From the NCBI GenBank assembly GCA_964016885.1, contig OZ024748.1:27962001-28026000 (forward strand): a stretch of DNA of 64,000 bases, written 5' to 3'. The position numbers and the translations under genes are program-made. This document shows positions 59,129 through 64,000 of the stretch, piece after piece. The DNA is from Eledone cirrhosa (lineage: Eukaryota). Under the pieces are notes generated by a model. It did no database searches and was not told where the DNA came from. It worked only from the letters and a program-made list of their open reading frames with translations. Position 1 is the stretch's first letter. Each line of letters starts with the position of its first letter.

Positions 59129-59335
59129 AAATATATATATATATATGTATAAATATATATATATATATATATATACATACATACATACACAAGCAAATAG
59201 ATAGATAGATAAATGTGAAAATATCACCCTTATAAGGAAAACCAAATTTAGGTGTGCAATGAGTTGGAAAAATAGTTACACGTCACTTTCGACACGCCGT
59301 ACAAGTACACGCATACACACACACAGCCTCACACT

Positions 59336-59372
<37 letters not shown>

Positions 59373-59495
59373 TCCTACATTCACAACACTTCTTCGCCAC
59401 CATAACCAACATCGCCACAACGACATTATCTTAGCATATACCCATCAAAAACAAGCGTTATATAACAATATATACATGTGAGTGAGTGTGTAGAT

Positions 59496-59581
<86 letters not shown>

Positions 59582-59618
59582 ATATATATATGTGTGTGTG
59601 TGTGTATATATATATATG

Positions 59619-59678
<60 letters not shown>

Positions 59679-59682
59679 CTCT

Positions 59683-59724
<42 letters not shown>

Positions 59725-59740
59725 CATAAAACAAGGTACC
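56300..59740. repeat. Dense compound (TACA)n/(CA)n/(TA)n/(TG)n microsatellite region with short unique spacers
   Basis: Direct inspection. Confidence 0.9.
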
Positions 59741-59938
59741 ATCTACAGCACAAAGAAAAAAACAACGATGAAATCCCAACAGCCAGCCATAAACAGAGAT
59801 GAAGAAGTATGGAGGAAAGTGGGAGGGAGGGGGGAAAGAAAATTAATAAAATGGCGCCCGCATGGAAATACGTTGGCGATAAGGAGTTGAGCATGAAAGG
59901 GTCAATTGCTGCTTGGGGTGTTGATGATGATATGATAA

Positions 59939-59991
<53 letters not shown>

Positions 59992-60058
59992 ACAGCAGTG
60001 ATAACAGTAACAACAATAACAACATCAATAACAATCAAAACAACAACAAAAACAAGAA

Positions 60059-60277
60059 TAATTGTTTCTACTATAGGCACAATGCCACCAAATTGAAGGG
60101 GAGGGGAATGTCGATTAAATTGACCCCATTGTTACTGGTACTTTATTTCATCGACCCCGTAAGGATGAAAGGCAAAGTTAACCGTAACGGGATTTGAACT
60201 CAGAACGTAAAGGGCCATAACTCTATGCTGCAAAGCATCGGGCACCATGCTTTACCGATTCTGCCAATCCACCGCCC
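60059..60277 (-). mobile_element. tRNA-derived SINE (longer-tail variant)
   Basis: ATCGACCCCGTAAGGATGAAAGGCAAAG...GGGATTTGAACTCAG...CTGCCAATCCACCGCCC, as in 46478-46664. Confidence 0.9.
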
Positions 60278-60284
60278 TTATAAT

Positions 60285-60450
60285 AAATTTATGCACAAGA
60301 CCAACAATTTTAGGAGAGGGGAAAGTCGATTATATCGACACCATTGTGTTACTAGTACTTTATCGACCCCGTAAGGATGAGAATCAAAGCTAACTTCAGT
60401 GGGATTTGAACTCAGGCGTAGAGAACCGTAACTCTATGCCGCAAGGCACC
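60285..60450 (-). mobile_element. Second, 5'-truncated SINE copy in tandem with the previous one
   Basis: TATCGACCCCGTAAGGATGA...GGGATTTGAACTCAG repeated. Confidence 0.8.
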
Positions 60451-60469
60451 CTTTCCCCTTTAAATTAAC

Positions 60470-61200
60470 CAGCCTACAAGTGTATGCTCAGAGTAGGCCC
60501 ATTCACACGGACCATTCTCGCCACATACACCCACCTTTTAGCAAATCTACGGGGGGGGGGGGGGCAGCAATTCTCTCTCCACCCTTACCTTCCTTTCCAA
60601 GTGAAACTTGAAAAAGTCAATGCGGGATTGGCCGAAGCGAAAAGTCTGTTTCAGTCATTTCAAGCTGGTGCACCATATAACCTCTTTCGCTACCGACACC
60701 AGGCAGAGGGAAATTGCCTGCCTTTCCCGGCCAAAGGAAGGCGGTGAGTTGGTCTTCACTATGGACTCGGTCGACAGCCGGATCCGTTCTCCCCGCCACA
60801 ACAGCTGTTCGACATAACTCCACAAGTCAGTAACGCACGGACACTGGACGAGTGCGTGTAGAACTCTTTCATAGCTCTGCGCGCATCTCACGAAGTTCCG
60901 TCTGGAGTACTTCCGTGCTTGTAGAGCTTATCTTGAACCGGCTATGGCCCCTTGTAGCACTTCCAAGCGAGGGATTTCTGGACGTTATCCATAGTCCCCA
61001 GCTCGAAAGTCCTTCCGGAACAGACTGGTCGGTTCGACTTCGTCGACACCTAGAGTCTCTCCGCGTGCGTCGTCTCACATGCCCACCACTAATGCCACCA
61101 CTAGAGGCCAGTGAGCGCCTGGCAACATTCCAGATGCCAGTCACCCAAACAAGTTGAAGAGGAGCCGTTCCAACTAGGCGAGGCGCGAACAGTTTAGAGT
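60470..61200 (-). mobile_element. Decayed Tx1/L1-type LINE ORF2 C-terminal fragment (zinc-knuckle region)
   Basis: PVQDKLYKHGSTPDG / RCAQSYERVLHALVQCPCVTDLWSYVE...AKEVIW / IDFFKFHLERKVRVERE; frameshifted. Confidence 0.8.
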
Positions 61201-61226
61201 TGGCCAATATCTACACTGGTTAATAT

Positions 61227-61510
61227 GCACTGGGAATGATCAAGAAAAGAACAGAACAGTAATTGAGAATGATTCCTGGTTTACCCTCTCTGCAAGAGTT
61301 GCAAAAAATTGTTCTAACTGGTACTACACATGTATTGAGACGAGCACTATCTCTCTGAAAATTATAATCAATTTGTTGTGTTAACTGGCTTACCAATGTA
61401 TACAGTGACTTTATTTGCCCTAGGTGTCAGGAAGACACTCGGCACAGAACCGAAACAATACTGAAGGAGAAGAAAAAAACAATAACAACAATAATATTAA
61501 TGATAATAAT
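61227..61510 (+). mobile_element. 3' end of an R4/Dong-like (RLE) non-LTR retrotransposon with a (TAA/CAA)n tail
   Basis: ALGMIKKRTEQ*LRMIPGLPSLQELQKIVLTGTTHVLRRALSL* (61227-61358) resembles the GALG...LQK...GTAHILR C-terminus of R4-clade proteins; an AAT-rich tail follows. Confidence 0.72.
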
Positions 61511-61641
61511 TGTTTCTACTTTTGCCACAAGCACACTGGATGTTGTGTCTGTCCTTACAAAGACAAGTTACAACATCAAAGTGAGGGTTTACGTTGAAAT
61601 GAATATAAAATAACCTTCAAGTTAGGTATAGTATATAAGAT

Positions 61642-62195
61642 ATTCAGTCCTCCTAGTACAGGGAGCTGAATACCTAAGGTTATTTGCGGAAACTTACAGA
61701 TCCACAATGTCACAGTGACCACAAAAGACAAGTGCTCTCTCCCAACTGTCATTGCCCGACCTACACGTACAAGCTGAGAGTAGACTCAATCAATTCTCTA
61801 CTTTCATCCATTTTTGGTAAAGGCATTCAGTCCTCCTCGTTCAGAGAGCTAAATACCTGAGGCTAATTGAGGAACTTCACAGATCCACGATCACCCTGAC
61901 CACAGGTACAAGCTGGGAGTAAACCCATTCACTCTTGCCGTTTTCGCTAATTTCATCCACCTTTTGGTAAATTTACTGGTGGAGAGCAGCACAAATTCCC
62001 CCTCACTGACCTCTCCAAATTAAATTTGAAAAGGTCAGCCAGAGCTTGAGCTAAGAGGAATGTACGTATTTTCAGTCCTTTCAGTCCCGTGCACCGCACA
62101 TCTTTCACCATAGACACCAGATGACTGCTATCCCTCCCCGTTAAAGGAGGGCGGTGGGGCTCAGTTGATAGCCGGATACATCCTAGTAATACACA
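61642..62195 (-). mobile_element. Two head-to-tail 3' ends of an older Tx1/L1-type subfamily (61642-61821 and 61825-62195)
   Basis: ATTCAGTCCTCCT...GAGCT.AATACCT...CAGATCCAC...GTACAAGCTG...TTTCATCCA..TTTTGGTAAA occurs twice. The peptide CIRLSTE...LVSMVKDV...DLFKFNLER parallels 60600-60790. Confidence 0.68.
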
Positions 62196-62328
62196 TACTA
62201 ATGTTAACAATGATGGTGATGATGATCATAATAATGATGGTGATTGCGGTTGTAGTGGGTCTGATGGTATTTGCAGTTGTGGTGTTGATGGATATAGTGG
62301 TGCTGATCAAGATAGAAATGAAGGTATT

Positions 62329-63432
62329 GGCGGTAGTATTGGTGTCTGTAGATGTGGTAGTACTGGTGTCTGTAGAGGTGGTAGTACTGGTGTCTGTAGA
62401 GGTGGTAGTACTGGTGTCTGTAGAGGTGGTAGTACTGGTGTCTGTAGAGGTGGTAGTACTGGTGTCTGTAGAGGTGGTAGTACTGGTGTCTGTAGAGGTG
62501 GTAGTACTGGTGTCTGTAGATGTGGTAGTACTGGTGTATGTAGAGGTGGTAGTACTGGTGTCTGTAGAGGTGGTAGTACTGGTGTCTGTAGAGGCGGTAG
62601 TACTGGTGTCTGTAGAGGTGGTAGTACTGGTGTCTGTAGAGGCGGTAGTACTGGTGTCTGTAGAGGTGGTAGTACTGGTGTCTGTAGAGGCGGTAGTATT
62701 GGTGTCTGTAGAGGTGGTAGTACTGGTGTCTGTAGAGGCGGTAGTACTGGTGTCTGTAGAGGCGGTAGTACTGGTGTCTGTAGAGGCGGTAGTACTGGTG
62801 TCTGTAGAGGTGGTAGTACTGGTGTCTGTAGATGTGGTAGTACTGGTGTATGTAGAGGCGGTAGTACTGGTGTCTGTAGAGGTGGTAGTACTGGTGTCTG
62901 TAGAGGTGGTAGTACTGGTGTATGTAGAGGCGGTAGTACTGGTGTCTGTAGAGGTGGTAGTACTGGTGTCTGTAGAGGTGGTAGTACTGGTGTCTGTAGA
63001 GGCGGTAGTACTGGTGTCTGTAGAGGTGGTAGTACTGGTGTCTGTAGAGGCGGTAGTACTGGTGTATGTAGAGGTGGTAGTACTGGTGTCTGTAGAGGCG
63101 GTAGTACTGGTGTATGTAGAGGCGGTAGTACTGGTGTATGTAGAGGTGGTAGTACTGGTGTCTGTAGAGGCGGTAGTACTGGTGTCTGTAGAGGTGGTAG
63201 TACTGGTGTCTGTAGATGTGGTAGTACTGGTGTATGTAGAGGTGGTAGTACTGGTGTCTGTAGAGGTGGTAGTACTGGTGTATGTAGAGGTGGTAGTACT
63301 GGTGTCTGTAGAGGCGGTAGTACTGGTGTCTGTAGAGGTGGTAGTACTGGTGTCTGTAGAGGTGGTAGTACTGGTGTCTGTAGAGGTGGTAGTACTGGTG
63401 TCTGTAGAGGTGGTAGTACTGGTGTCTGTAGA
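62329..63432. repeat. 24-bp minisatellite GGTGGTAGTACTGGTGTCTGTAGA, 46 copies
   Basis: 1104 bp / 24; no indels seen; few variant positions. Confidence 0.97.
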
Positions 63433-63454
63433 GGTATTAGGGAGTCTTCATACA

Positions 63455-63608
63455 GTCACATACATACATAGAAAAATACATACTTATATAGATACATATA
63501 TACATATATACATACATATAAACATACATACAATTATATATACATACAAACACATATACAAACATACATACATCCATACATATATACATGCATACATGCA
63601 TACAAATA

Positions 63609-63650
<42 letters not shown>

Positions 63651-63792
63651 CATGCACATATACAAACATACATACATATATATATATATATAAATTTACA
63701 TACATATATACATATATATCTAAACATATACAAAACATATATATATATACATACATATATATATATGTATATATATATATACATATATATAC

Positions 63793-63825
<33 letters not shown>

Positions 63826-63826
63826 C

Positions 63827-63875
<49 letters not shown>

Positions 63876-63876
63876 C

Positions 63877-63921
<45 letters not shown>

Positions 63922-63938
63922 CATATATATATATATAC

Positions 63939-64000
<62 letters not shown>
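63455..64000. repeat. (TACA)n/(TA)n microsatellite running off the right edge
   Basis: Direct inspection. Confidence 0.95.

Overview
Eukaryotic, extremely repeat-rich, apparently gene-free window. The SINE families and the (TA)n/(CA)n/(CAC)n load suggest an octopus (coleoid cephalopod) genome; this is inference. Bases 1-~20200 are a 35-bp satellite whose consensus has no C on the + strand, with nested higher-order duplications (offsets 3099, 1640/1605 and 1462 bp). The rest is microsatellite and minisatellite DNA with decayed retroelements: an internally deleted RTE LINE plus a second RTE 3' end, a Penelope-like element (RT + C-terminal GIY-YIG) with an inverted pLTR, Tx1/L1-type and R4/Dong-type 3' fragments, several tRNA-derived SINEs (one with an 18-bp TSD), and two LTR-like pieces. 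No host protein-coding gene is supported, and nearly all ORF-track entries are microsatellite translations. The most notable signal is a set of short elements next to (TA)n tracts that carry minimal type I hammerhead ribozyme folds (one with a complete consensus core at 33552-33597) and/or fold-back (inverted) ends, together with a near-perfect 1.46-kb palindrome at 36070-37527.
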